62,904 bases of DNA from Paracoccaceae bacterium (lineage in GTDB: Bacteria > Pseudomonadota > Alphaproteobacteria > Rhodobacterales > Rhodobacteraceae), in NCBI GenBank assembly GCA_003354145.1, contig PIVL01000001.1, positions 1 to 62,904 of the forward strand. The letters are read 5' to 3'. Made by a program: the position numbers and the translations under genes. The first letter of the stretch is position 1; every line of letters begins with the position of its first letter. Below, one piece after another: positions 9,961 through 19,172 of this stretch. The notes beneath the pieces are model-generated. The model was not told where the DNA came from and searched no databases. It worked only from the letters and a program-made list of their open reading frames with translations.

Positions 9961-12565
9961 TTAGTTTGTAAAGCAAATCAAGAGCTTCGCGCGGAGTGAG
10001 TTCGTCCGGGTGAATATTGTCGAACATGTCTTGTGCTGGTGAAGATTTGGGCGGCGGCGGGGTAGGTTGGATGGCGAACAAGGGTAGATCGTCGATAAGC
10101 GCTTTTTGCGCGGTGCCGCCTTCACGTTCGCCTTTTTCCAACATTTCCAGAACCACGCGGGCACGATTCACGACAGACACGGGTAGCCCGGCAAGTTTCG
10201 CAACCTGAACCCCGTAGGATCGGTCTGCAGCACCTTTGCGAACTTCGTGAAGGAAAATAACCTCGCCGTCCCATTCCTTGACCGCGACGGTGGCGTTTTC
10301 AACTCCGTCAAGATTACCTGCAAGCGCGGTTAATTCGTGGTAATGAGTGGCAAATAGCGCACGCGATCGGTTGCTGGCATGAAGATGTTCCAGTGTGGCC
10401 CAGGCAATGGAAAGACCGTCATAAGTGGCAGTACCGCGGCCAATTTCGTCCAAAATGACCAATGCCCGGTCGTCAGCCTGGTTCAGAATGGCGGCAGTTT
10501 CAACCATTTCGACCATGAATGTAGATCGCCCGCGCGCCAGATCATCAGATGCTCCAACGCGACTGAACAATTGGCTGATTAGGCCGATATGGGCGGATTC
10601 GGCAGGAACATAGCTACCCATTTGCGCAAGAAGGGCAATCAGGGCGTTCTGTCGTAAGAAAGTGGATTTACCGGCCATGTTTGGGCCGGTAAGCAGCCAG
10701 ATTGCAGCACTGGTTCCGGCGCTTAGATCACAGTCGTTGGCGATGAAGCTGTTACCAGATTGTTTACGCAGCGCCTGCTCTACTACGGGGTGCCGCCCGC
10801 CAATAATTTCGAATGCGCGTGTATTGTCGACCTCGGGTTTGCACCAGTTTTCGCCTTGCGCCAGATCAGCAAGTGCGGCTGTCAGGTCGATTTCTGCAAG
10901 CGCTCGCGCCGCCAGTGTAATGCGCGGGGCGATAGCCAGAATTGCGGCTTTTAGCGTTTCATAGAGCCGTTTTTCGATATCCAGCGCCTTGCCGCCAGCG
11001 TTTAGAATTTTGGTCTCCAGCTCGGACAGCTCAACCGTCGTAAATCGAACTTGATTGGCAGTGGTCTGACGGTGGATATAGGATTCTGACAGCGGTTCGG
11101 ACAGCATCTTTTCGGCATGTGTCGCGGTGGTTTCGATAAAATAGCCAAGGACGTTGTTATGTTTGATCTTTAGAGACGAAATTCCGGTGTGTTCGGAATA
11201 TTGCTTTTGCAGACCGGCAATAACGGACCGGCCTTCGTCGCGCAGCGTTCGTGCATCGTCTAGTTCGCAATCATAGCCGGTCGCAATAAACCCACCATCA
11301 CGGGCCAGAATGGGCGGTTCAGCAATCAGGGCCGCATCCAGAAGGTCGATCAAATCGTCAAAGCCAACCAGATCGGCAGCGGCGGTGGCCACCAGGTCCG
11401 GGAGGTTAGTGTTGGCACAGAGTTTCGCCATCACTTTTGCCTGCTCTAACGCATTGCGGATCGCAGCAAGATCACGGGGGCCGCCACGGTCAAGAGATAG
11501 CCGCGACAAGGCGCGATCTATGTCCGGCGTTTTACGCAGCGCAGCGCGAATATCAGCCGAAACACGACTCTGTTCAACGAAATAACTGACCGCGGCAAGG
11601 CGTGAGTGGATGATTTCCAGTACGCGTGAAGGGTTGGATATACGTTGTTCAAGCAGGCGCGCACCTCCGGGTGTGACGGTCCGGTCAACAACTGAAAGTA
11701 GCGTTCCGGTTCGCTCCCCATCCAAAGACCGCGTTAGTTCAAGGTTTCGACGGGTGGCAGAATCTATCTGGACGTTTTTTTCGGCAAAATCACGGATCGG
11801 AGCGGCGAGAAGGGGCAGTTTGCCTTTTTGCGTGGTGTCGAGATAGTCAATCAGCGCGCCCATCGCCGAGATTTCAGCGCGGTTGAAAGTACCAAATGCG
11901 TCGAGCGTATCAACAGAATACAACGAACGGATTCTTCGTTCAGCTGCTGCGCTGTCAAAGCAGGAACGATCTAACGTGGTTAATGAAATTTTCAGATCGT
12001 ACAGGGTTTCGTTCAGTGCATCGGACGCCTCGGCGGCGATCAATTCGGAGGGAATCAACCGGCCCAACTCTGGCGCCAGTCGCGCACCAACAATTGGCAT
12101 CACATGGAACGCCCCCGTCGATATGTCCGCCCAGGCAAGGGCAGCATCGTCGCGAACCTGTACATAAGCGGCCAAAAAGTTATTTCTGCGCGCCTCTAAC
12201 AGCGTATCTTCGGTCAGGGTTCCGGGCGTAACCAGGCGAACAACTTCGCGCTTAACAACCGACTTAGAGCCACGTTTCTTCGCCTCAGCGGGGCTTTCCA
12301 TCTGCTCGCACACAGCAACACGGAAACCTTTGCGGATCAGCGTCAGGAAATAACCTTCGGCGGCTCGAAATGGAACGCCACACATCGGGATGTCGACGCC
12401 ATTATGTTTGCCGCGTTTGGTTAATGCGATATCAAGCGCTTCGGACGCAACAACTGCGTCGTCAAAGAACATCTCGTAGAAATCGCCCATACGATAAAAC
12501 AGCAGCGCATCAGGATGCGCTGCCTTTATGTCCAGATATTGCGCCATCATTGGGGTGACGGTCAC
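9941..12565 (-). CDS. mutS: DNA mismatch repair protein MutS
   Basis: 874 aa ORF with N-terminal TPMMAQYLDIK, Walker A GPNMAGKST and DEIGRGT. Confidence 0.96.
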   Translation of the reverse strand: MTVTPMMAQYLDIKAAHPDALLFYRMGDFYEMFFDDAVVASEALDIALTKRGKHNGVDIPMCGVPFRAAEGYFLTLIRKGFRVAVCEQMESPAEAKKRGSKSVVKREVVRLVTPGTLTEDTLLEARRNNFLAAYVQVRDDAALAWADISTGAFHVMPIVGARLAPELGRLIPSELIAAEASDALNETLYDLKISLTTLDRSCFDSAAAERRIRSLYSVDTLDAFGTFNRAEISAMGALIDYLDTTQKGKLPLLAAPIRDFAEKNVQIDSATRRNLELTRSLDGERTGTLLSVVDRTVTPGGARLLEQRISNPSRVLEIIHSRLAAVSYFVEQSRVSADIRAALRKTPDIDRALSRLSLDRGGPRDLAAIRNALEQAKVMAKLCANTNLPDLVATAAADLVGFDDLIDLLDAALIAEPPILARDGGFIATGYDCELDDARTLRDEGRSVIAGLQKQYSEHTGISSLKIKHNNVLGYFIETTATHAEKMLSEPLSESYIHRQTTANQVRFTTVELSELETKILNAGGKALDIEKRLYETLKAAILAIAPRITLAARALAEIDLTAALADLAQGENWCKPEVDNTRAFEIIGGRHPVVEQALRKQSGNSFIANDCDLSAGTSAAIWLLTGPNMAGKSTFLRQNALIALLAQMGSYVPAESAHIGLISQLFSRVGASDDLARGRSTFMVEMVETAAILNQADDRALVILDEIGRGTATYDGLSIAWATLEHLHASNRSRALFATHYHELTALAGNLDGVENATVAVKEWDGEVIFLHEVRKGAADRSYGVQVAKLAGLPVSVVNRARVVLEMLEKGEREGGTAQKALIDDLPLFAIQPTPPPPKSSPAQDMFDNIHPDELTPREALDLLYKLKEAAKS

Positions 12566-12633
12566 GATTTACCCCCGGTGTTCAGATTTACACGACCTTA
12601 CAAATCCGGGGCGGGCGGTGAAAGGCGAAAGTG

Positions 12634-13296
12634 TCAGCTATGGACAAAGGGAGCAGCACTGCCCCACAATTGTTTGACTCGTTTGTCGCGCCCGCAAGCC
12701 TCGCGATAGCGTTTATAGGCGGCGGCCTGACGTTTTGGGCCAAAGCGCGTCAAAAGCAGTTTGTTGCCTTTGTAATAATTCTGGTGAAATTCGTCCGCAG
12801 GATAAAACGGGCTTGCTGATAGAATAGGCGTGACAATTTTTTGACCAAGGGCGGTCATTGCATCCGACTTGGCCTGTAGGGCAAGCACCTTTTCGTTTGG
12901 GTTAGAGACAAAAATCGCCGTGCGATAGCTGTCCCCCCGATCACAAAACTGTCCACCGGTATCGGTAGGATCTACCGAGCGAAAGAACATATTCAGCAAC
13001 GTCTCACGCGTAACAACATTAGGATCAAAGGTGATTTCCACGGCCTCGTAATGACCAGTGCCGCCTGCAGTCACATCTTTGTAACTTGGGTTTTTGAGAG
13101 TCCCACCGGTGAAGCCCGATACTGCTCCGGTAACACCATCCACTTTTTCAAAATCGGCCTCGACACACCAGAAACATCCGCCCGCAACGGTTAGTGTTTG
13201 CAAGTCCGCCGCAGATGCAGTGCCACAGCGGGTAATTCCGGCGATCGCGATCAACAGGGCAAGGGCAAGGGGTTTGAAATTTTCGAGTAAGGTCAT
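12634..13296 (-). CDS. msrA: peptide-methionine (S)-S-oxide reductase MsrA, exported form
   Basis: 220 aa ORF with an N-terminal signal-like segment (LALALLIAIAGITRCGTASA) and the catalytic GGCFWC motif. Confidence 0.9.
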   Translation of the reverse strand: MTLLENFKPLALALLIAIAGITRCGTASAADLQTLTVAGGCFWCVEADFEKVDGVTGAVSGFTGGTLKNPSYKDVTAGGTGHYEAVEITFDPNVVTRETLLNMFFRSVDPTDTGGQFCDRGDSYRTAIFVSNPNEKVLALQAKSDAMTALGQKIVTPILSASPFYPADEFHQNYYKGNKLLLTRFGPKRQAAAYKRYREACGRDKRVKQLWGSAAPFVHS

Positions 13297-13438
13297 GGTG
13301 CGTCCTCCTACAAATAGCCAAGCATGCCCAAAGCCTCACTCGCAATGGGATGACATCATTTATCACGCGCAGGTGAGTGGAATTTACCTCTTGGACTTGG
13401 CGTAGTAGAGGCCTAGCGTTGCCAGGCAGGAGACGACT

Positions 13439-14347
13439 ATGACAGAAAAAATGACGACTCATCAAGCGCAGGACGATGCACGCAATGAGGATATACTGAT
13501 TTACCTGAACGGAAAGATTGTTCCCAAAGCACAGGCGGTTGTCAGTGTGTATGACAGCGGGTTCATGTTGGGCGACGGAGTTTGGGAAGGTTTGCGACTG
13601 TATAATGGACATTGGGCGTTTCTGGACGAACATATGGATCGGCTATTTGAGGCCGCCAAGGCGATTGATCTGGACATTAGGTTGGACAGGGAAGGCATGG
13701 TATCTGCCTTATTAGACACTCAAAAAGCCAACGGAATGCAAACGGATGCACATGCCAGGCTGATGGTGACTCGCGGGGTCAAGGCGCGACCGTTTCAACA
13801 TCCGGGGCTAAGTCGATCCGGGCCAACCCTGGCCATTATCGTTGAACATTCACAGCCCAAACTGCCACGTCCCATAAGGCTTGCCACGGTTCCACATCAG
13901 CGAGGGCTCCCAATGACGCAGGATCCAAAGCTGAATTCACATTCCAAGTTGAATTGCATTCTGGCCTGTATCGCTGCGGAAAAGGCCGGGGCGGATGAGG
14001 CGTTGATGCTGGATGTGCATGGATTTGTGAACACGACGAACGCCTGTAACTTTTTCATTGTCCGCAAAGGCGAAGTTTGGACGTCGACGGGTGATTATTG
14101 TATGAATGGAATCACCAGACAAAAGGTGATTGATCTGTGCCGCTCCAACGAGATTCCGGTTTTTGAAAGGAACTATTCGCTGGTTGATACATATGGCGCG
14201 GACGAGGCCTTTTTGACCGGGACGTTTGGAGCGCAAACTCCGGTAAGCGAGATTGATGGGCGCCAGATAGGGACGAGTGATATGGGACCGGTGACTATGC
14301 GTATACGTGAGCTGTATAAGACTCTAATTCAACAGCAAACGACCTAA
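13439..14347 (+). CDS. PLP-dependent aminotransferase, fold-type IV (branched-chain / D-amino-acid aminotransferase family)
   Basis: 302 aa ORF with class IV family blocks (SVYDSGFMLGDGVWEGLR, MVTRG, KLNSHSKLNCILA, EAFLTGT). Substrate cannot be assigned from sequence alone. Confidence 0.8.
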   Translation: MTEKMTTHQAQDDARNEDILIYLNGKIVPKAQAVVSVYDSGFMLGDGVWEGLRLYNGHWAFLDEHMDRLFEAAKAIDLDIRLDREGMVSALLDTQKANGMQTDAHARLMVTRGVKARPFQHPGLSRSGPTLAIIVEHSQPKLPRPIRLATVPHQRGLPMTQDPKLNSHSKLNCILACIAAEKAGADEALMLDVHGFVNTTNACNFFIVRKGEVWTSTGDYCMNGITRQKVIDLCRSNEIPVFERNYSLVDTYGADEAFLTGTFGAQTPVSEIDGRQIGTSDMGPVTMRIRELYKTLIQQQTT

Positions 14348-15054
14348 TGCGGATCGCAATGTGGTCCGGGCCGCGAAATCTTTCGACGGCGATGATGTAC
14401 AGTTTTGCAGCGCGCGGGGATTGTGCCGTGTGGGACGAGCCGTTTTATGCGCCATATCTGGCCGCGACTGGTTTGAACCATCCGATGACCGCGGAAATAA
14501 TCGCGACACATGATACAGACCCTGATCGCGTCGCTGCTGCCTGCAGTGGGCCAATTCCCAACGGCAAACAACATTTTTTTATGAAGCAAATGCCGCATCA
14601 CATGGTTGATGGGTTTCCGACCGACTGGATTTCGCACTGCGTCAACATTCACCTGATCCGCCACCCGGCACGAGTGATCGCCAGTTATGCGGCCAAACGG
14701 CAAAGTCCAACATTAGAGGATATAGGGTTCCAGCAGCAATTGGCGCTGTATGAACGGTTCGGCGGCGTTGTTGTTGACAGTTTTGATATTCGTGCCAACC
14801 CTGAAAAAATGCTGCAAAAGTTGTGCGTCGAGATCTGTTTGAACTATACGCCGGACATGCTGCACTGGCCAACAGGCGGACGACCCGAGGACGGTGTCTG
14901 GGCGCGCCACTGGTACGGTGCGGTGCATAAAAGCCAAGGATTTGCGGGGCCAGAGGGAGAGTTACCTAAGCTGCCGAAAAGCCTTGAGTCTTTGTCTATC
15001 GCGACATTACCCGCCTATGAGGCGTTGCGATCCGATGCATTGCAGCCACATTAA
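14347..15054 (+). CDS. sulfotransferase-like P-loop family protein of unknown function
   Basis: 235 aa ORF. The N-terminal WSGPRNLSTAM resembles a sulfotransferase 5'-phosphosulfate-binding loop. Its start codon shares one base with the stop of the preceding aminotransferase (TAATG). Confidence 0.55.
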   Translation: MRIAMWSGPRNLSTAMMYSFAARGDCAVWDEPFYAPYLAATGLNHPMTAEIIATHDTDPDRVAAACSGPIPNGKQHFFMKQMPHHMVDGFPTDWISHCVNIHLIRHPARVIASYAAKRQSPTLEDIGFQQQLALYERFGGVVVDSFDIRANPEKMLQKLCVEICLNYTPDMLHWPTGGRPEDGVWARHWYGAVHKSQGFAGPEGELPKLPKSLESLSIATLPAYEALRSDALQPH

Positions 15055-15280
15055 GTTTGCCGATAATCTGCAAATGTAGATTGAAAATCATTAACCTGCT
15101 TACCTGTTCATAATATAACAAAGCATCAAAAGGACGCATCGAGCAGGGCCCGAATGGGATACAAAATAAGTGACGTAGGTAGCGAGGTCATCAACGGTGT
15201 AGACCAGTGAACTGGGATGCCGGACTTATCGTTGTCCTAGGCAACAACAATAGGTAGCGATTTTGACTTAGTTCCGCTGG

Positions 15281-15484
15281 TTGGCGGGGGCGGCAATAGC
15301 GAAGCCTGCCAATTCTAGAGGTCCTACAGAAGAAAAATTGCGCGTGTATGGCGATCTAATGTTTTTGGCGTTTCGAAGCCAGCGCCACTGCGCGATGAGC
15401 GTGCAAACTCTGCGCACCTATCTAGAACCGCCAATTGAACTGGGTCAGATATACTCGGCGTCACAGTTTCTGGAAACGCTCTGA
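15281..15484 (+). pseudogene. relic of an RTX toxin-activating lysine-acyltransferase (HlyC family), N-terminal part only
   Basis: The 67-codon ORF contains LRVYGDLMFLAFRSQRHCAMSVQTLRTYLEPPIELGQ. This follows the HlyC N-terminal pattern (E. coli HlyC LEILGHVSWLWASSPLHRNWPVSLFAINVLPAIQANQ). The family is about 150-170 aa, and the frame stops 11 codons after the GQ motif. It sits in an AT-rich non-coding island. Confidence 0.5.
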
Positions 15485-15516
15485 CGGAAATAGACCCGCC
15501 AGAGCGCCCAAATATG

Positions 15517-16737
15517 CTACTTTTTCAACCTCTGATCGCGGATGGCAATCAACCGTAAACGCAAAGCGTTTAGTTTGATAAACCCGGCAGCGTCTACTTG
15601 ATCATAGGCACCGGCGTCATCCTCGAACGTTACATGCTCCTCAGAATACAGCGAATGTTCAGACCATCTGGCAATTGTGCGCGCCAAACCTTTGTAAAGC
15701 TTTAGCCGCACGGTGCCAGTCACATGCCGCTGACTGCGGTCAATCGCGGCTTGCAGCATTTCACGTTCAGGGCTGTACCAAAAGCCGTTGTAAATCAGTT
15801 CGGCATAACGCGGCATCAGTTCATCCTTAAGGTGCGCCTCGCCCCGGTCGAGCGTGATTTGCTCAATACCGCGATGCGCCTCGAGCAGGACAGTGCCGCC
15901 GGGCGTTTCATAAACGCCGCGTGATTTCATGCCAACAAAACGACCTTCGACCAGATCAAGTCGGCCGATACCGTGTTTGCCACCAAGCTCGTTTAGCTTG
16001 GTTAGAATTGTTGCAGGGGACATTGCTTCGCCATTGATGCTGACTGCGTCGCCTTGTTCGAACCCGATTTCGATGAATTCCGGGGTGTTAGGAGCATCCT
16101 CGGGATTGACCGTGCGCTGATAAACATAATCAGGGGCTTCGACGGCTGGATCTTCAAGCACTTTGCCCTCGGAGGAGGTGTGCAGAAGGTTTCCATCTAC
16201 ACTAAATGGTGCTTCTCCACGTTTGTCTTTGGCGATTGGAATTTGGTTTTTTTCCGCGAATTCAATCAGTTTGGTCCTGCTGGACAAATCCCACTCACGC
16301 CAGGGTGCAATGACTTTGATCTCGGGGTCGAGCGCATAGGCGCTAAGTTCGAACCGTACCTGATCATTGCCTTTGCCTGTCGCGCCATGGGCAACGGCAT
16401 CTGCGCCGGTTTCTTTGGCGATCTCAACCAGACGTTTGGAAATCAACGGCCGCGCGATAGAGGTGCCAAGCAGGTACAAACCTTCGTACAAAGCGTTAGC
16501 GCGGAACATTGGGAAAACAAAGTCTCGAACAAACTCTTCGCGGACATCTTCGATATAGATGTCAGACGCGCCTATCATTTCGGCCTTGGCACGAGCTGGT
16601 TCAATCTCTTCGCCCTGACCTAGATCAGCGGTGAAAGTAACGACTTCGCAACCATATTCCGTCTGCAGCCATTTCAGAATGATCGAGGTATCAAGACCGC
16701 CTGAATAGGCAAGGACAACTTTTTTTGGTGCGGACAT
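15517..16737 (-). CDS. argG: argininosuccinate synthase
   Basis: Homology starts at [18 protein letters not shown] (ATG at 16737, AGGAAG 8 nt upstream), giving 406 aa. The ORF-track extension to 16800 is probably non-coding. Confidence 0.95.
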   Translation of the reverse strand: MSAPKKVVLAYSGGLDTSIILKWLQTEYGCEVVTFTADLGQGEEIEPARAKAEMIGASDIYIEDVREEFVRDFVFPMFRANALYEGLYLLGTSIARPLISKRLVEIAKETGADAVAHGATGKGNDQVRFELSAYALDPEIKVIAPWREWDLSSRTKLIEFAEKNQIPIAKDKRGEAPFSVDGNLLHTSSEGKVLEDPAVEAPDYVYQRTVNPEDAPNTPEFIEIGFEQGDAVSINGEAMSPATILTKLNELGGKHGIGRLDLVEGRFVGMKSRGVYETPGGTVLLEAHRGIEQITLDRGEAHLKDELMPRYAELIYNGFWYSPEREMLQAAIDRSQRHVTGTVRLKLYKGLARTIARWSEHSLYSEEHVTFEDDAGAYDQVDAAGFIKLNALRLRLIAIRDQRLKK

Positions 16738-16838
16738 CTGGGCTTCCTCTTGCATGGATCGGCTGCGAACTAGCTGGTTTTCCCTGTCGGGGCAAGCCAA
16801 CGTCGCGCTCGGATGTCACAACAGGCTCAGCGCGATCC

Positions 16839-17171
16839 CTAAGCAGCCAGCATTTTTGGAAGCTGGGCGATGAATACGGTTTTGGATTGCTCAAAGCCAT
16901 CTATAATCGCTGTCAGATCTATAGTTCCGGTTTCTCCCTTCGCGGACTTGCGTTCGCCGTCCTGACAAAGGTCAGAAAACGTTCGAAACCCAAGGTTCAA
17001 TGCACAGCCTTTTAGGAAGTGCAAATGTTGTTCCATCTGATTGGCCGTCGAATCCGGCGACAAATCCTGAATGGTATCTTCTACTTCTTCGAGAAAAATT
17101 TTGACGAGGTCGTCAAAATCTTCCGCGCCAACGTCGTCCCGTAATTCATTTACCCGCGCCCATTGGATCAT
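16839..17171 (-). CDS. Hpt (histidine phosphotransfer) domain protein
   Basis: 110 aa helical protein carrying the phosphorylatable-His motif HFLKGCALNLG. Confidence 0.8.
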   Translation of the reverse strand: MIQWARVNELRDDVGAEDFDDLVKIFLEEVEDTIQDLSPDSTANQMEQHLHFLKGCALNLGFRTFSDLCQDGERKSAKGETGTIDLTAIIDGFEQSKTVFIAQLPKMLAA

Positions 17172-17222
17172 AATTCACCTACCAATCCGGACCCCCACGA
17201 AATCAAATAGAATTGAATCGGC

Positions 17223-17237
17223 TTAATAGACCGTTAA
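17223..17237. promoter_or_regulatory. CtrA-type binding box TTAA-N7-TTAA
   Basis: TTAATAGACCGTTAA lies in the divergent Hpt / receiver-PP2C intergenic region, 52 bp from the Hpt start and 105 bp from the 17342 start. A GANTC site (GAATC, 17215-17219) is immediately adjacent. Confidence 0.45.
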
Positions 17238-17341
17238 TTTGGACCAAGAAACACAAACAATTTTAAGTTTTATCACCTGTTAATCTGAAAGGATAATAGT
17301 GATTGGATTGCAGAGATGTGTTGTTTGATTATGAGGTGAGC

Positions 17342-18616
17342 ATGGTTTTTCCGACGGCAAAAATTCTGGACGGCGGCCAAAGTATGCCTGGGACTATTCG
17401 CAGGGTTCTAATTGTGGACGACAGTCGGCTGCAGCGTCGGTTTCTAGTGAGCATTCTCAGAAAGTGGGGATTTGAGATATACGAGGCAGACAGCGGCGAA
17501 AGCGCGTTGGAAATATGCGCCGACACGATGCCCGATCTGGTGCTTAGCGACTGGATGATGCCCGGGATGAGCGGGCTGGAATTTTGTCGGACGTTCCGAG
17601 AGCTTCCGAAGGATGGGTATGGGTATTTTATCCTGCTCACCTCAAAAAGTGAAAAGAACGAAGTGGCGCAGGGATTGGATGCCGGGGCAGATGATTTTCT
17701 GACCAAACCGGTAAATTCCGGCGAATTGCGGGCGCGAATCACAGCTGGCGACCGAATATTCGGTATGCAGCAGGAATTGTCGGACAAAAACCGGGTGATC
17801 TCGGACACGTTGGGACAATTGCAGGCGGCGTATGACAAAATCGACAAGGATTTGATTCAGGCCAAAAAAATTCAGGAGTCGTTGGTTCCGGACCGGGCGC
17901 GCGATTTCGGGGCGGCACAAGTTAGTTTGTTGTTGAAGCCGTGCGGGCATATTGGCGGCGATTTGGTTGGCATGTTTTCACCGGCTAAAGATCAGGTTGG
18001 ATTTTATAGTATTGACGTGTCTGGGCACGGAATCACCTCGGCAATGATGACGGCGCGGTTGGGCGGATATCTCAGTAGCACGTATTTCGACCAGAATGTC
18101 GCAATGAAGAGGCATGACGATCGGACTCACAGCCTGAGGCAACCCGAAGAAGTTGCGCGACTACTGAGTTCACGATTGCTTGCCGATACTGGGATCGAAG
18201 AGTATTTTACCATGGCCTATGCCACGGCTGATTTGCGTACTGGGCGGCTTCAGCTGGTACAGGCGGGGCACCCACATCCGTTGATTTTACGCCAGAATGG
18301 AAAGGTTGAATTCATTGGCAAAGGCGGAATTCCGATCGGGCTTTTGCCGGATGTTCCTTATGACCAGTTTGAAGCTACGCTTGAGCCGGGAGACCGCCTG
18401 TTGCTGTACTCGGATGGGTTTACTGAATGTCAGATGAACAATGGCCAGATGTTGGAAGAAGACGGTTTGGCTGATCTGATCCGTGCCTGTCTATCTGACC
18501 AATCTGGGCAGGAATTTCTGGACGATTTGTTTTGGGCGCTGACCCGGGCGATGTCTGTCGAACATGGAATGGACGATGACGTGTCGGCAATTCTATTTGA
18601 ATACGGGGGAAGTTAA
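17342..18616 (+). CDS. response regulator receiver fused to a PP2C/SpoIIE-type serine phosphatase (RsbU-like)
   Basis: Receiver motifs VLIVDDS, LVLSDWMMPGMSG and LTKP are followed by PP2C blocks GGDLVGMF, DVSGHGITSAMM, YSDGFTE and DDVSAIL. The ATG at 17342 is preferred because GAGGTG lies 5 nt upstream; the ORF track starts at TTG 17303. Confidence 0.88.
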   Translation: MVFPTAKILDGGQSMPGTIRRVLIVDDSRLQRRFLVSILRKWGFEIYEADSGESALEICADTMPDLVLSDWMMPGMSGLEFCRTFRELPKDGYGYFILLTSKSEKNEVAQGLDAGADDFLTKPVNSGELRARITAGDRIFGMQQELSDKNRVISDTLGQLQAAYDKIDKDLIQAKKIQESLVPDRARDFGAAQVSLLLKPCGHIGGDLVGMFSPAKDQVGFYSIDVSGHGITSAMMTARLGGYLSSTYFDQNVAMKRHDDRTHSLRQPEEVARLLSSRLLADTGIEEYFTMAYATADLRTGRLQLVQAGHPHPLILRQNGKVEFIGKGGIPIGLLPDVPYDQFEATLEPGDRLLLYSDGFTECQMNNGQMLEEDGLADLIRACLSDQSGQEFLDDLFWALTRAMSVEHGMDDDVSAILFEYGGS

Positions 18617-18641
18617 ACGCTTTCCTGACCTATCAAAGGGA

Positions 18642-19097
18642 CTAAAAACGACTACCGATCTGCATGCAAAACTGTTCAGCAAAATGGCGATCTCCAGGGC
18701 TTTTTAGCAATTGCGTTGCGACTTCAGGCGTCATCCACAATGTTTCATGGTCAGGCTCGGTGGGCGGGCCTTTGCAAATTGTCGGACGGGCCATGTAGAT
18801 ATGGCAAATTTTTTCGGCCCAAAGATCGTATTCGGGCATATAAGTGAACAGTCGAAAGACGCCAACTTTGCGTGGTTGTGCGATGTGCCACCCTGTTTCC
18901 TCGAACACTTCGCGGTGCAGGGCGGTGGTGGGGGATTCGCCGGGGTCGATGCCTCCTCCGGGCAATTGTACATCTGGCATCGGGTCGTATTGTACCGTCA
19001 ACAAAAGCGACCCGTCGCGAGGTAGTAACGCATAGGCACCGGGACGACGGCGATATGTTCTGCCGGGTTCGGGGCTGGCCCCAAAACGTCTAATCAT
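18642..19097 (-). CDS. NUDIX hydrolase
   Basis: 151 aa ORF with the Nudix box GGGIDPGESPTTALHREVFEETG. Confidence 0.88.
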   Translation of the reverse strand: MIRRFGASPEPGRTYRRRPGAYALLPRDGSLLLTVQYDPMPDVQLPGGGIDPGESPTTALHREVFEETGWHIAQPRKVGVFRLFTYMPEYDLWAEKICHIYMARPTICKGPPTEPDHETLWMTPEVATQLLKSPGDRHFAEQFCMQIGSRF

Positions 19098-19104
19098 CTG
19101 ATTG

Positions 19105-19134
19105 CCCTTTCAACGTGGCATGTTGCGCCTATAT
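19105..19134 (+). promoter_or_regulatory. candidate sigma32 (RpoH)-type promoter for hslO
   Basis: CCCTTT(CAA) then a 17-nt spacer then CCTATAT. Compare the alphaproteobacterial RpoH consensus CTTG-N17-CYTATNT. It ends 39 nt upstream of the hslO ATG. Motif match only. Confidence 0.3.
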
Positions 19135-19172
19135 AGGGCGGTATGCCAATCTGTGACGTGTAAGGAAACCCC

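Noticed and set aside
15176-15260. 10-bp direct repeat TAGGTAGCGA (two copies 75 bp apart) as a regulatory or mobile-element signature.
   Set aside because: It is a single pair of short repeats with no flanking inverted repeats, target duplications or transposase, so chance occurrence in a 460-bp region is not negligible. It is mentioned only as context for the hlyC relic.
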